From: an uncultured Pelagibacteraceae bacterium
Lineage (GTDB): Bacteria > Pseudomonadota > Alphaproteobacteria > Pelagibacterales > AG-422-B15
Direction: 5' to 3'
DNA length: 64,000 bases
Assembly: GCA_902614655.1 (NCBI GenBank)
Contig: CACMLX010000005.1
Location: 2,643-66,642, forward strand
Shown: in pieces, positions 20,010-29,616 of the stretch
How positions within the stretch are numbered: the stretch's first letter is position 1
How the letters are laid out: each line of letters starts with the position of its first letter
The notes under the pieces: generated by a model
Seen by the model: only the letters and a program-made list of their open reading frames with translations
What the model was told of the DNA's origin: nothing
Database searches by the model: none
Translations under genes and position numbers: made by a program

Positions 20010-21206
20010 TTATAAAGCTCCTAAGGCAACTAAACCTGGCAATTTCTTACCTTCTATTAGCTCAAGTAGAGCTCCTCCGCCAGTAGAAACATAAGAAAAT
20101 TTATCTTTAACAGACGCCATATCCAGCGCGGAAATTGTATCACCGCCCCCAGCAAAAGATCGAAGACTATTTTTATCAGTAATTTCAGCAATGAATTTAG
20201 CGATCTCGATTGTGCCTTTATGAAATGGTTTAGTTTCAAAGACACCCACTGGTCCATTCCAAAATACTGTTTTACAATTTGAAATTTCATTTTTAATCAA
20301 CTCGATAGTTTGTTTCCCAATATCTAAAATCATTTGATTATCTTTTACAGCATCAACTGCACATTCGTTTATTTCTGTAGTTTCAGATACTTTCTCAGCT
20401 GTAACGACATCTAAAGGTAAAATTAGTTTACATTTTTGCTCATTTGCAAAATTAATAATTTCTTTTACGAGGTGATTTACATCATTTTCAATCAATGAAT
20501 TTTTTACATCATTTCCTAAATATTTAAGAAAATTATTAGCCATCCCACCAGCAATGACAATTGAGTCCATTTTTTGCAGGAGATTTTTTATAACTGTAAT
20601 TTTTGTTGAGATTTTTGAGCCACCAATGATAGTTAATGCAGGAGTTTTAGGGTTATTAACTACATCATTTAAGTTTAATATTTCTTCATGTAATAACTCT
20701 CCACAATAAGATGGTATGAAGTTTGTGATTGCTGCAATTGAGGCGTGAGCTCTATGAGAGCATGCAAAAGCATCATTAATATAAACGTCTGCTAATTTTG
20801 ATAGCTCGGATGCAAAAAATTTATCATTTTGCTCTTCGCCTTCATGAAAACGGCAATTTTCAAGAAGAATAATTGAGTCCTGGTTTAAAGAATTTATTTT
20901 TTTTTCAATCTCATCGCCTATGCAATTTGAAAGAAATATTATTTTTTTTTGCAATACGTTTTCTAATGAGCTGATTAATTGATTAAGTGAAAGCTCATCA
21001 TTTCTTTTTCCTTTTGGTCTTCCTAGATGAGACAGAATTACAACTTTATTATTCTTATTAAGAAGGTTTTGTATTGGATTTTTAATTCTCGTAATCCGAT
21101 CGCTTATTGTAGAGGCTTCTTTATTGAGCGGAATATTTAAGTCAAAGCGAATAAGTACAGTTTTATTTTTCTGATCAAATGTTTTTAGAGCTTTAACATT
21201 TAACAT
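20010..21206 (-). CDS. pgk: Phosphoglycerate kinase
   Basis: IRFDLNIP, SHLGRPKG, NDAFACSHRAHAS, FWNGPVGVFE and STGGGA motifs; 398 aa. Confidence 0.95.
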   Translation of the reverse strand: MLNVKALKTFDQKNKTVLIRFDLNIPLNKEASTISDRITRIKNPIQNLLNKNNKVVILSHLGRPKGKRNDELSLNQLISSLENVLQKKIIFLSNCIGDEIEKKINSLNQDSIILLENCRFHEGEEQNDKFFASELSKLADVYINDAFACSHRAHASIAAITNFIPSYCGELLHEEILNLNDVVNNPKTPALTIIGGSKISTKITVIKNLLQKMDSIVIAGGMANNFLKYLGNDVKNSLIENDVNHLVKEIINFANEQKCKLILPLDVVTAEKVSETTEINECAVDAVKDNQMILDIGKQTIELIKNEISNCKTVFWNGPVGVFETKPFHKGTIEIAKFIAEITDKNSLRSFAGGGDTISALDMASVKDKFSYVSTGGGALLELIEGKKLPGLVALGAL

Positions 21207-21207
21207 T

Positions 21208-22218
21208 CTATCTAGATCTTTTCATCGCAACTGCAGTATCACACATTCGATTTGAAAAGCCCCATTCATTATCATACCAACTTAAAACTCTTCCAAACTT
21301 TCCATCAATTACTTGTGTTTGAGTTAAATCAAAATTTGATGAGGCAGGATTATGATTAAAATCAGATGAAACCAATGGTTTAGAATTTACATCTAGGACT
21401 CCATTTAGCTTATTTGATTTTGCTGCAGCCGACATAGCCTTATTAATACTATCGACTGTCATTCTTTTTTTAGAAACAAATTTAAAGTCGATTAATGAAA
21501 CATTAGGTGTTGGTACTCTAATTGCAGTTCCATCTAACTTACCAGCAAGCTCAGGCATAACGAGTCCTACTGCTTTTGCAGCTCCTGTAGATGTAGGTAT
21601 CATTGACAATGACGCAGCTCGAGCTCTTCTTATGTCTGAGTGAAATGTATCCAGAACACTTTGGTCACCAGTAAAGGCATGTATAGTTGTCATATATCCA
21701 TGCACAATTTTGAATTTATCGTGTAAAACTTTTGCAACAGGAGCTAAACAATTTGTCGTGCAAGACGCATTAGATACAACTAGGTCTTCTTTTGTTATCT
21801 CATCTTCATTCACTCCATACACAATGGTTTTATCAGCATTTGTACATGGCGCTGAGACTAAAACCTTTTTTGCGCCGGCCTTAATATGCATTGCCGCCTT
21901 ATCTTTTGAAGTAAATAATCCAGTGCATTCAAGAGCGACATCAATTTTCATTCTTTTCCAAGGAAGTTTTTGAGGATCTCTTTGATTCAATACTGTTATA
22001 TTTTTTCTTCCAACGATCATTTTATTTCGTTTGAACGATACTTTTTCATTAAGAGGGCCGTGAACAGTATCATTTGCAAGTAAAAATGCGTTTGTTTCTA
22101 TTGGGGCTAAATCGTTAATAGCCACGACATTAATATCTTTTCTTTTACTCTCAATGATTGATCTTAAAACCAACCTTCCAATTCTTCCAAATCCACTTAT
22201 CGCAACATTTACAGCCAT
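21208..22218 (-). CDS. gap: Glyceraldehyde-3-phosphate dehydrogenase
   Basis: ISGFGRIGR, active site SNASCTTNCLAP and WYDNEWGFSNR; 336 aa. Confidence 0.95.
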   Translation of the reverse strand: MAVNVAISGFGRIGRLVLRSIIESKRKDINVVAINDLAPIETNAFLLANDTVHGPLNEKVSFKRNKMIVGRKNITVLNQRDPQKLPWKRMKIDVALECTGLFTSKDKAAMHIKAGAKKVLVSAPCTNADKTIVYGVNEDEITKEDLVVSNASCTTNCLAPVAKVLHDKFKIVHGYMTTIHAFTGDQSVLDTFHSDIRRARAASLSMIPTSTGAAKAVGLVMPELAGKLDGTAIRVPTPNVSLIDFKFVSKKRMTVDSINKAMSAAAKSNKLNGVLDVNSKPLVSSDFNHNPASSNFDLTQTQVIDGKFGRVLSWYDNEWGFSNRMCDTAVAMKRSR

Positions 22219-22230
22219 ATTTAGTAACTC

Positions 22231-24228
22231 CTATATTTTCTTACTTATTAATTTGAATATTTTTTTTGCCGTAATCCCATAAAAATCGTAAAGCTTTTGA
22301 TAAGGAGCACTTGCTCCAAAATCTTTCATACCGATGTATATTGTATTTTCAGGGCATACTTGGCTCCACCCAAAATTAGTTCCCGCCTCAATCGAGATAT
22401 TAATTTCAGAGTTTCCTCTAATTGTTTTTTGATACGTTTTACTTTGGATTTTAAACTGTTCCATGCACGGTACCGAAACGACTCTCACTAACTTTTTCTT
22501 TTTTTCAAGCATAATCATTAATTGCAGTGCAATTTCGACTTCAGAGCCAGACGCGAAAATAGAAATATTAGGTTTTTTTGAATTACTTTTTAATTCGTAA
22601 GCTCCTTGAGCACTAATATTTTTTGCATGATACTTTTTTCTTATCATTGGAAGTTTTTGCCTTGTTAGTGCAATTACACTTGGTCCCTTTGAATTTGAAA
22701 GTGCTAATTCCCATGCTTCCGCAGTTTCAATTAAATCAGCAGGTCTAAAGACTTTTACATTTGGCGTTGCTCTTAATGATGCAAGCTGTTCAATTGGTTG
22801 ATGCGTTGGACCATCTTCACCAAGACCGATTGAGTCATGAGTTAATATATATATAGCTCTTTGTTTCATTAAAGCTGCAAGACGAAGAGATGGTTTACAA
22901 TAATCTAAAAAAATTAAAAAAGTTCCACCAAATGGAATAATTCCTTTATGGAGTGACAACCCATTCATGATAGAAGCCATACCGTGCTCTCGTATTCCAT
23001 AGTAAATATAATTGCCATTGTAATTTGTAGAATTAATAACTTCCATTTTACTACCTTTAGTATTGTTAGAGCCTGTCAAGTCTGCTGAGCCTCCAACCAA
23101 TTCAGGTAGTGATGATGAAATTGTATTTATTACCATTTCTGATGCTTGTCGTGTGGCAACATCGAGTGGTTTCTTAATATATTTCTTCTTAAACTGATTA
23201 AAGTTTTGAATTAATTTTAATGGAAGCTTTCCTTCGATTCTTCTTATGTAGTGAGCCTTTTTGCTTTTTGGAAGTTTCTCATAATTCAATTTCCAAGACT
23301 TATATGCATCTATTGATTTTTTACTAAGATTTTTCCACTCCTCAAGTATATTTTTTGGAACTGTAAATGGTTTGTGTGGCCAATTCAGTTTAGTTCTAGT
23401 AAGTTTTACTTCATCCTCACCAAGTGGTGAACCATGAACTGATGATTTCCCCTGTTTGTTTGGAGATCCAAAACCAATTTTAGTTTTACAAGAAATTAAT
23501 GTTGGTTTCTTAGATTTTTGAGCTTTCTTAATTGACTGTATTATTTCTTTAGGTTTGTGACCATTTATTTTAATTGTATTCCATCCATAGGCTTTAAATC
23601 TCTCAGCCGTATTTTCTGAGTTTGCCAGTTTAACAGGCCCATCTATTGAAATTCCATTATCGTCAAAAAAAACAATCAACTTATTTAGTTTTAGATGCCC
23701 TGCAAAAGATGCGACTTCATGAGAAATCCCCTCCATTAAATCTCCATCACTTGCAATAACGTAAGTGAAATGATTTACAATTTTTTCGCCAAATTGACTT
23801 CTTAGTATTTCTTCTGCTAACGCCATTCCAACTGCATTGCCGATACCTTGTCCAAGTGGGCCAGTCGTTGTTTCTATACCTTTAGCGTGCCCATACTCTG
23901 GATGACCTGCACATTTACTACCAAGCTGTCTAAATTTCTTGATCTCTTGAATAGTCATATCTTTATGACCGGTTAGATAGAGTAGTGAGTATAAAAGCAT
24001 TGATCCATGACCAGCAGATAGTACGAATCTATCTCTATCATGCCACCTTGGAACATTAGGATTGTATTTTAAAAACTTCGTAAAAAGAACAGTTGCTACA
24101 TCTGCCATACCCATTGGTAAACCTGGGTGACCACTTTTTGCTTTTTCAACCGCATCGATTGAAAGAAACCTTATTGCGTTAGCTAAATCATCATGAGAAA
24201 CTGCAGACTGATCTTTTTTGTTAGGCAT
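22231..24228 (-). CDS. tkt: Transketolase
   Basis: SGHPGLPMG, GDGDLMEGISHE and THDSIGLGEDGPTHQPIE; 665 aa. Confidence 0.95.
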   Translation of the reverse strand: MPNKKDQSAVSHDDLANAIRFLSIDAVEKAKSGHPGLPMGMADVATVLFTKFLKYNPNVPRWHDRDRFVLSAGHGSMLLYSLLYLTGHKDMTIQEIKKFRQLGSKCAGHPEYGHAKGIETTTGPLGQGIGNAVGMALAEEILRSQFGEKIVNHFTYVIASDGDLMEGISHEVASFAGHLKLNKLIVFFDDNGISIDGPVKLANSENTAERFKAYGWNTIKINGHKPKEIIQSIKKAQKSKKPTLISCKTKIGFGSPNKQGKSSVHGSPLGEDEVKLTRTKLNWPHKPFTVPKNILEEWKNLSKKSIDAYKSWKLNYEKLPKSKKAHYIRRIEGKLPLKLIQNFNQFKKKYIKKPLDVATRQASEMVINTISSSLPELVGGSADLTGSNNTKGSKMEVINSTNYNGNYIYYGIREHGMASIMNGLSLHKGIIPFGGTFLIFLDYCKPSLRLAALMKQRAIYILTHDSIGLGEDGPTHQPIEQLASLRATPNVKVFRPADLIETAEAWELALSNSKGPSVIALTRQKLPMIRKKYHAKNISAQGAYELKSNSKKPNISIFASGSEVEIALQLMIMLEKKKKLVRVVSVPCMEQFKIQSKTYQKTIRGNSEINISIEAGTNFGWSQVCPENTIYIGMKDFGASAPYQKLYDFYGITAKKIFKLISKKI

Positions 24229-24393
24229 ATTATCAATAAATTGGATTTTGAGCTTAATATAAGCAATTATCTATAAAGAGTCTTAAATTTTAGCAAATTA
24301 TTAACAAAAAAATAATCTGTCTATTTGCAATATTATAAGTTGACTGAGAACAAAAAAGACAGTTAAACTCGATTAAACTTTCAAGGGGCTTTA

Positions 24394-24657
24394 ATGTCGA
24401 GTTATCAAGATTCAAAAGATAAATTTAATGGTGCAATTGATAAACTTACTGAGGAAATCGACAAATTAACAAAAAAGGCTCAAAGAGCTACAGAATTGGA
24501 AGCGCAAAATCAAAAATTACAAGAAAATAACTCTCATCTAGAGAATGAGATTAAAATTCTTAAGTCAGATTTTATGGAACTTAAAAATATTGCAGGAAAT
24601 ATTTCTTCTCAACTAGATGAAAACATTTATACCATAAAAGATATATTAGATTCTTAA
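24394..24657 (+). CDS. Coiled-coil protein upstream of zapA (DUF4164/ZapB-like)
   Basis: 87 aa, almost entirely heptad-like coiled coil. It lies 3 nt before zapA, the arrangement common in alphaproteobacteria. Confidence 0.5.
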   Translation: MSSYQDSKDKFNGAIDKLTEEIDKLTKKAQRATELEAQNQKLQENNSHLENEIKILKSDFMELKNIAGNISSQLDENIYTIKDILDS

Positions 24658-24660
24658 TCA

Positions 24661-25023
24661 ATGCCTGAAATAATTGTAAATATTAATGATCAAGATTACG
24701 CAATTGTCTGCGATCCGGGTGAAGAAAACCATCTTAAACATTTAAGCTCAAAAATTGACTATAAAGTGAGAGAATTAACAAAGAGATTTGGAAAAATTGG
24801 AGAAACTAGATTAATGGTAATGGCTTCACTGTTAATAGCAGATGAAATACATGAGCTAAATAAAAAACTAGAAACAAATATTGAAAAAATAAATTCCCTT
24901 GAAGCGAACATTGGTTCAAAAGATAAAGAATTGACTGACCAGAAAAAAGAGAGTCAGGAATATATAGACATTAGCAACGATAGATTAACAGATTTATTAT
25001 CACGCTTGTCTCTTTTAAACTAA
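24661..25023 (+). CDS. zapA: Cell division protein ZapA
   Basis: N-terminal ZapA fold pattern (IVNINDQDYAIVCDPGEE..L..L) followed by a coiled coil; 120 aa. Synteny with the 5-FCL gene. Confidence 0.7.
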   Translation: MPEIIVNINDQDYAIVCDPGEENHLKHLSSKIDYKVRELTKRFGKIGETRLMVMASLLIADEIHELNKKLETNIEKINSLEANIGSKDKELTDQKKESQEYIDISNDRLTDLLSRLSLLN

Positions 25024-25050
25024 TTTTAAAAATTAGATTTCATTTTATAC

Positions 25051-25626
25051 ATGACGAAAAGTGTGCAACTGAGAGAAAAAGAAGCATTAAGAAAGTTTTT
25101 AATCAATCGACGCTCAGAACTTGGTTCATCAATAGATTTTCAGAGAAATATACTTAATAACATTAAGCCCCTCATAGAAGAAATAGAAAATGAATATATT
25201 GGAACTTATATAAGTTTCAGAGATGAATTAGATACAAAAAAATTAAACCAATATTTACTTGAAAGAGAACTTAATTTAGCTTTACCAGCCATAGATTTTC
25301 AGACTAAAGAAATTAATTTCTTCATGTATCATGAAAACACTGAATTAATAGAAAATAAATTTACTATTTTAGAACCTAAGAATAAAGATAAAGTTATCTT
25401 TCCAAAAATTATTTTAATACCATTATTAGGTTATTCCAAAAGTGGCTTTAGGTTGGGGTACGGGGGTGGATATTATGATAAGTATTTATCAAAGAATGGT
25501 ATTGGTGAAGTAAAAAAAATAGGAATAGCATTTTCATTTCAAGAAGTAGAAGAAATTCCTGTCGAAGATCATGATGAAAGACTTGATTGGATTTTAACTG
25601 AAAAACATTTATATAAAGTTCAATGA
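25051..25626 (+). CDS. 5-formyltetrahydrofolate cyclo-ligase
   Basis: C-terminal GFRLGYGGGYYDKYL motif and ...EDHD; 191 aa. Confidence 0.8.
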   Translation: MTKSVQLREKEALRKFLINRRSELGSSIDFQRNILNNIKPLIEEIENEYIGTYISFRDELDTKKLNQYLLERELNLALPAIDFQTKEINFFMYHENTELIENKFTILEPKNKDKVIFPKIILIPLLGYSKSGFRLGYGGGYYDKYLSKNGIGEVKKIGIAFSFQEVEEIPVEDHDERLDWILTEKHLYKVQ

Positions 25627-26423
25627 GAATTCTATTTTTAGGCGATGTAATGGGTCGATCTGGAAGACATGCTTTGAGAGATCATCTACCAGATGCTATT
25701 AAAAATAATAATATAGATTTTGTTATTGCTAACGGGGAAAATTCTGCTGGTGGCTTTGGTATTACCGAGCCAATATGCAACGAATTATATTCTTATGGAG
25801 TTAATGTAATCACAACTGGAAATCATTTGTGGGATCAAAAAGAGATAAATAGTTATATCGATAAAGATGATAAACTTTTAAAGCCTTATAATTTTGCTGA
25901 AGGCTCTCCAGGTTTAGGTGTAAATACTTATATGCATGAGAATGGACAAAAAATTGCAGTAATAAATTTAATGGGGAATCTATTTATGAGATCATGTGAT
26001 AATGCATTTTTTAAAATTGAAGAAGTTCTTAAGAATTTAAAGACTGAAGATCTATCATTTATATTTGTTGATTTTCACGCTGAAGCTACAAGTGAAAAAA
26101 TGGCAATGGGACACCATCTTGACGGAAGAGTAACAGCAGTTGTTGGAACTCATACTCACGTTCCAACTGCAGATGCAACAATCATGGAACATGGAACAGC
26201 TTTTCAAACTGACGCTGGAATGTGTGGTGACTATGATTCAGTTATTGGCACAAAAAAAGAGGAGTTCGTAAGAAAATTTGCTACACAAGACACTGAGCGA
26301 AAAAGGGTACCTCCGGCTGATGGCGAAGGAACATTATGTGGGGTTATTATAGAATCAAACACTGAAAACTATTTAGCAAAAAGTATTAGTTCAATTCGTA
26401 TTGGAGGAAAAATCGGTAATTAA
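25623..26423 (+). CDS. ymdB: YmdB-family metallophosphoesterase (2',3'-cyclic-nucleotide phosphodiesterase-like)
   Basis: MRILFLGDVMGRSGR, ANGENSAGGFGIT, TTGNHLWD, VDFHAEATSEK and GTHTHVPTAD; 266 aa. Confidence 0.85.
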   Translation: MRILFLGDVMGRSGRHALRDHLPDAIKNNNIDFVIANGENSAGGFGITEPICNELYSYGVNVITTGNHLWDQKEINSYIDKDDKLLKPYNFAEGSPGLGVNTYMHENGQKIAVINLMGNLFMRSCDNAFFKIEEVLKNLKTEDLSFIFVDFHAEATSEKMAMGHHLDGRVTAVVGTHTHVPTADATIMEHGTAFQTDAGMCGDYDSVIGTKKEEFVRKFATQDTERKRVPPADGEGTLCGVIIESNTENYLAKSISSIRIGGKIGN

Positions 26424-27167
26424 ATGGCAGGCCACTCTAAATTTAAAAACATTATGTATCGAAAAGGTGCACAAGATAAAAAGAGAGCTAGTTTATTTTC
26501 TAAACTTTCAAAGGAAATTACGGTAGCAGCTAAGTTGGGCGCACCTGATCCTGATCAAAATGCGAGATTAAGATCAGCTATACAATTAGCAAAAGCCGCA
26601 AGCTTTCCTAAGGAAAACATCGATAGAGCGATAAAAAAATCTTTGGATAAAGATACGATTAACTATGATCAAATGAGGTACGAAGGATTTGGCCCAAACG
26701 GAACGTCGATAATTGTCGAGGCACTTACGGATAATCGAAATAGAACAGCTTCAAATGTAAGATCTGCATTTCAAAAATTTGGAGGTTCAATGGGTGAAAC
26801 AGGTTCAGTCTCCCATGCATTTAATCGTTATGGTTTTGTGCGTTATAACAAAGATGTGACAAGCGAAGAAGATTTTTTCAACTTTTCGATTGAGGGTGGA
26901 GCTGAAGATTGTTTTATCGAAGAAGATACTTATGAAGCAGTAACTACGCCAGAAACTCTATCAAATTTATATAATTATTTAGATAAAAAATTTGGTGAGC
27001 CTGTATCATCAGGTTTCCAATGGAAACCTGTTACGTATGTAGCTATTGAGGGCGATAAACTTAAATCCCTTGTTAACTTGCTCAATGAACTTGATAATGA
27101 TGAGGATGTTCAACAAGTCTATTCAAATTTTGAGGCATCAGACGAAGAATTAGCAAAGTTTGCTTAA
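26424..27167 (+). CDS. yebC: YebC/PmpR-family transcriptional regulator
   Basis: MAGHSKFKNIMYRKGAQDKKR... YEGFGPNG, TDNRNRTASNVR; 247 aa. Confidence 0.95.
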   Translation: MAGHSKFKNIMYRKGAQDKKRASLFSKLSKEITVAAKLGAPDPDQNARLRSAIQLAKAASFPKENIDRAIKKSLDKDTINYDQMRYEGFGPNGTSIIVEALTDNRNRTASNVRSAFQKFGGSMGETGSVSHAFNRYGFVRYNKDVTSEEDFFNFSIEGGAEDCFIEEDTYEAVTTPETLSNLYNYLDKKFGEPVSSGFQWKPVTYVAIEGDKLKSLVNLLNELDNDEDVQQVYSNFEASDEELAKFA

Positions 27168-27234
27168 TTTATTCACTTTCAAAAAAAATTTATATGAATT
27201 AATCTTAAATTATTAAGTAATTCTGATTCGCTTT

Positions 27235-27615
27235 ATGCCAGGTAGTTCTCCAAAAAGAAAAGGTGATGGATACGAGAGAGAGCTTGCGAAGTATTTCAAT
27301 GAAAAAATTTTTAATGGAGAGGACAAAGTTCAACGTATGCCTTTGTCAGGTGGTGGCGCTATCAAATCTTCTGGAGGCAGTGATTTAAAAAATACTCCTC
27401 ATATATACGTTGAAGCTAAAAGAACTGAAAAGTTCAAAATTCATGAATCAATGAGACAAGTTTGCGAAAATATTGAAACATCTAAATCAGACTCAATGCC
27501 GGTTGTTATAACTAGAAGAAATCGAGAGGCAACAGGGGACTCGCTTTGTGTTTTAAAACTTGACGACTTTATAGAACTTTATCGAATATTAATTAATAGT
27601 AAAAAAGGACTTTAG
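27235..27615 (+). CDS. Hjc-like PD-(D/E)XK nuclease (putative Holliday junction resolvase)
   Basis: KGDGYERELAKYF ... RMPLSGGG ... GSDL ... IYVEAKR reproduces the Hjc-type E / D / E-x-K catalytic arrangement; 126 aa. It occupies the slot between yebC and tolQ where ruvC-ruvA-ruvB usually sit. Confidence 0.55.
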   Translation: MPGSSPKRKGDGYERELAKYFNEKIFNGEDKVQRMPLSGGGAIKSSGGSDLKNTPHIYVEAKRTEKFKIHESMRQVCENIETSKSDSMPVVITRRNREATGDSLCVLKLDDFIELYRILINSKKGL

Positions 27616-27659
27616 GATTTGCCCTAATTAAGACAATATTTAATAATAATTGAAAAATT

Positions 27660-28364
27660 ATGGAAAACGAAGATTTAGTAAGTGTTAGCCAAGTAAACGA
27701 TGAGTTCACATTAATTTCACTTTTTTTTAGAGCAGATATTGTCGTAAAGTTAGTGATTCTAATTCTATTTGCTTCTTCCATTTTCTCATGGACAATCATA
27801 ATTCATAAAATTCGTTTATTTCGTTCTTTAAAAGAAATCAGTAAGCAATTCGAGGAGGAATTTTGGTCGGGAAGATCAATAAAAGAAATCGCTAGTAGCA
27901 CGAGAGAATTACCAGAAAGTCCGATTAAGTATGTTTTCAATGAAGCTGTTGACGAGATTGAAAAGTCTAATCAGGAAACTACAAAAAAAATAGATAGTTT
28001 AGTTGATAGATTAAATCGTGTTATGGAGGCAGCAATAGATTTTCAAAATGAGAAGCTATCTGAATACTTTAGTTATTTAGCAACAATAGGCGCTACGACT
28101 CCATTTATTGGATTATTTGGAACGGTCTGGGGAATAATGAATTCTTTTCAATCTATTGCCATTTCAAGAAATACCTCCCTTGCAGTAGTTGCTCCTGGAA
28201 TAGCTGAAGCATTATTTGCAACTGCTCTTGGTTTGTTAGCAGCAATACCTGCTGTTATTGCTTACAATATATTTACTAGTCAGGTGAATGATGAAAATGC
28301 ACGAATGTATCGATTTAAAGAACATTTTAATGTTATTTTCTCAAGAGGCTTGAGTACGAAATAG
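27660..28364 (+). CDS. tolQ: Tol-Pal system protein TolQ
   Basis: MotA/TolQ/ExbB channel pattern with three TM helices and GLFGTVWGIMNSF...APGIAEALFATALGL; 234 aa. Confidence 0.9.
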   Translation: MENEDLVSVSQVNDEFTLISLFFRADIVVKLVILILFASSIFSWTIIIHKIRLFRSLKEISKQFEEEFWSGRSIKEIASSTRELPESPIKYVFNEAVDEIEKSNQETTKKIDSLVDRLNRVMEAAIDFQNEKLSEYFSYLATIGATTPFIGLFGTVWGIMNSFQSIAISRNTSLAVVAPGIAEALFATALGLLAAIPAVIAYNIFTSQVNDENARMYRFKEHFNVIFSRGLSTK

Positions 28365-28376
28365 AAATTTTAAATT

Positions 28377-28781
28377 GTGACACGTAACACTAGATCAAAA
28401 CCATTCAGTGAAATCAATGTAACACCTTTCGTTGATGTAATGCTGGTTTTATTGATCATTTTTATGGTAACCGCTCCTTTGTTAACAGTGGGAGTTCAGG
28501 TTGACTTACCTGAAACAAATGCAGATACTTTACAATCTGACGATGAACCGCTTGAAGTAACAATTGATGCAAGCGGTAATATATTCATTCAAGAGACAGA
28601 GATAGGCATTTCTGAACTAGTTCCAAAAATGAAAGCAATAACAGAAAATAGACTTGATACAAAAATTTATGTTAGAGGAGATGAAGCAATTGATTATGGA
28701 CAGATAATGATGGTTTTAGGAGAGCTATCTGGTTCTGGTTTTACAAAGGTTGCTTTGATTACTAAGCCATTAAGTAAATAA
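28377..28781 (+). CDS. tolR: Tol-Pal system protein TolR
   Basis: ExbD/TolR pattern INVTPFVDVMLVLLIIFMV with the conserved Asp in the TM helix; 134 aa; GTG start. Confidence 0.9.
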   Translation: MTRNTRSKPFSEINVTPFVDVMLVLLIIFMVTAPLLTVGVQVDLPETNADTLQSDDEPLEVTIDASGNIFIQETEIGISELVPKMKAITENRLDTKIYVRGDEAIDYGQIMMVLGELSGSGFTKVALITKPLSK

Positions 28782-28797
28782 TTAATGCTATTTATAT

Positions 28798-29610
28798 ATG
28801 AGAGTTTCTGTTTTAGGGTCAATATTTCTACACGTTTTCATACTTTTATTTACGGTCTTATCTTTGCCATTATTTAATAATAATGATTTGGAAATGCCTC
28901 CGGTTATACAAGTTGAATTAATAGAAATCGCAGAAAAAACAAATGTCCCACAAATTAGTAAAAAAATCGAAGAACAAAAAGAACCAGTTGAAAAAAAGAA
29001 GGAAGAAACAAAACTAAACCAGCCAATTAGTAAACCCAAAGATGAAAAATCCAACGAAAAAGTAAAAGACCCTAGCGATGAAGAAAAAATTGAAAAAACT
29101 AAATTAGAAGAAAAAATGATGCAAAACATGCCTGTACGAAAACCTGAGGTTAAGAAAAAAGATAAATTTGATCCTCTTAAATTAGCCGAGTTAATCGATA
29201 AACAAAAAGATACAAAAATGGATAATCCTGAAGAAATTATGGAAAAAGATTATGAAGCGTTAGACTCAACACCTAGTCTTGACAAACGACTTACTTTATC
29301 AGAGGAGGATGCTATCAGAGCACAATTTATGCAATGCTGGAGCATACCTCTTGGAATTCCATATGATGATACAATGATTGTTAAAATTAAGATTTACTTA
29401 AACACAGATGGTTCTTTGCTCAAACCACCGGAGGTTGTTCAACATGAAAGGATGAATAAGCCTAGTGAAAAATATTTTAGAACTCTTGCTGAAAGTGCCC
29501 TTAGAGCAGTAAGACGTTGTGATCCAATAAAAGTTCCAGATGTTGAAAGATATGACAATTGGAAAAATTTGCAGTTGAATTTTGATCCTAGAGAGATACT
29601 AAGAGGATAA
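28798..29610 (+). CDS. tolA: Tol-Pal system protein TolA (TonB-C-like C terminus)
   Basis: N-terminal TM anchor, long K/E/P-rich spacer and a C-terminal globular domain. Position between tolR and tolB. Confidence 0.7.
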   Translation: MRVSVLGSIFLHVFILLFTVLSLPLFNNNDLEMPPVIQVELIEIAEKTNVPQISKKIEEQKEPVEKKKEETKLNQPISKPKDEKSNEKVKDPSDEEKIEKTKLEEKMMQNMPVRKPEVKKKDKFDPLKLAELIDKQKDTKMDNPEEIMEKDYEALDSTPSLDKRLTLSEEDAIRAQFMQCWSIPLGIPYDDTMIVKIKIYLNTDGSLLKPPEVVQHERMNKPSEKYFRTLAESALRAVRRCDPIKVPDVERYDNWKNLQLNFDPREILRG

Positions 29611-29616
29611 TTTATT

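Noticed and set aside
25024-25050. Expected 6S RNA (ssrS) between zapA and the 5-formyltetrahydrofolate cyclo-ligase gene
   Set aside because: The zapA-ssrS-ygfA linkage is classical, but this spacer is only 27 nt, far too short for a 6S RNA of about 180 nt. No other spacer in the window is long and structured enough.
28788-29129. 113-aa minus-strand ORF antisense to tolA
   Set aside because: It is the mirror image of the K/E-rich low-complexity TolA spacer, giving an F/S-rich product, and has no independent support. The same reasoning applies to the other short antisense ORFs in the track, for example 1274-1573, 2033-2224, 6723-6917, 7948-8145, 13136-13453, 14225-14519, 34386-34674, 38316-38603 and 58233-58496.
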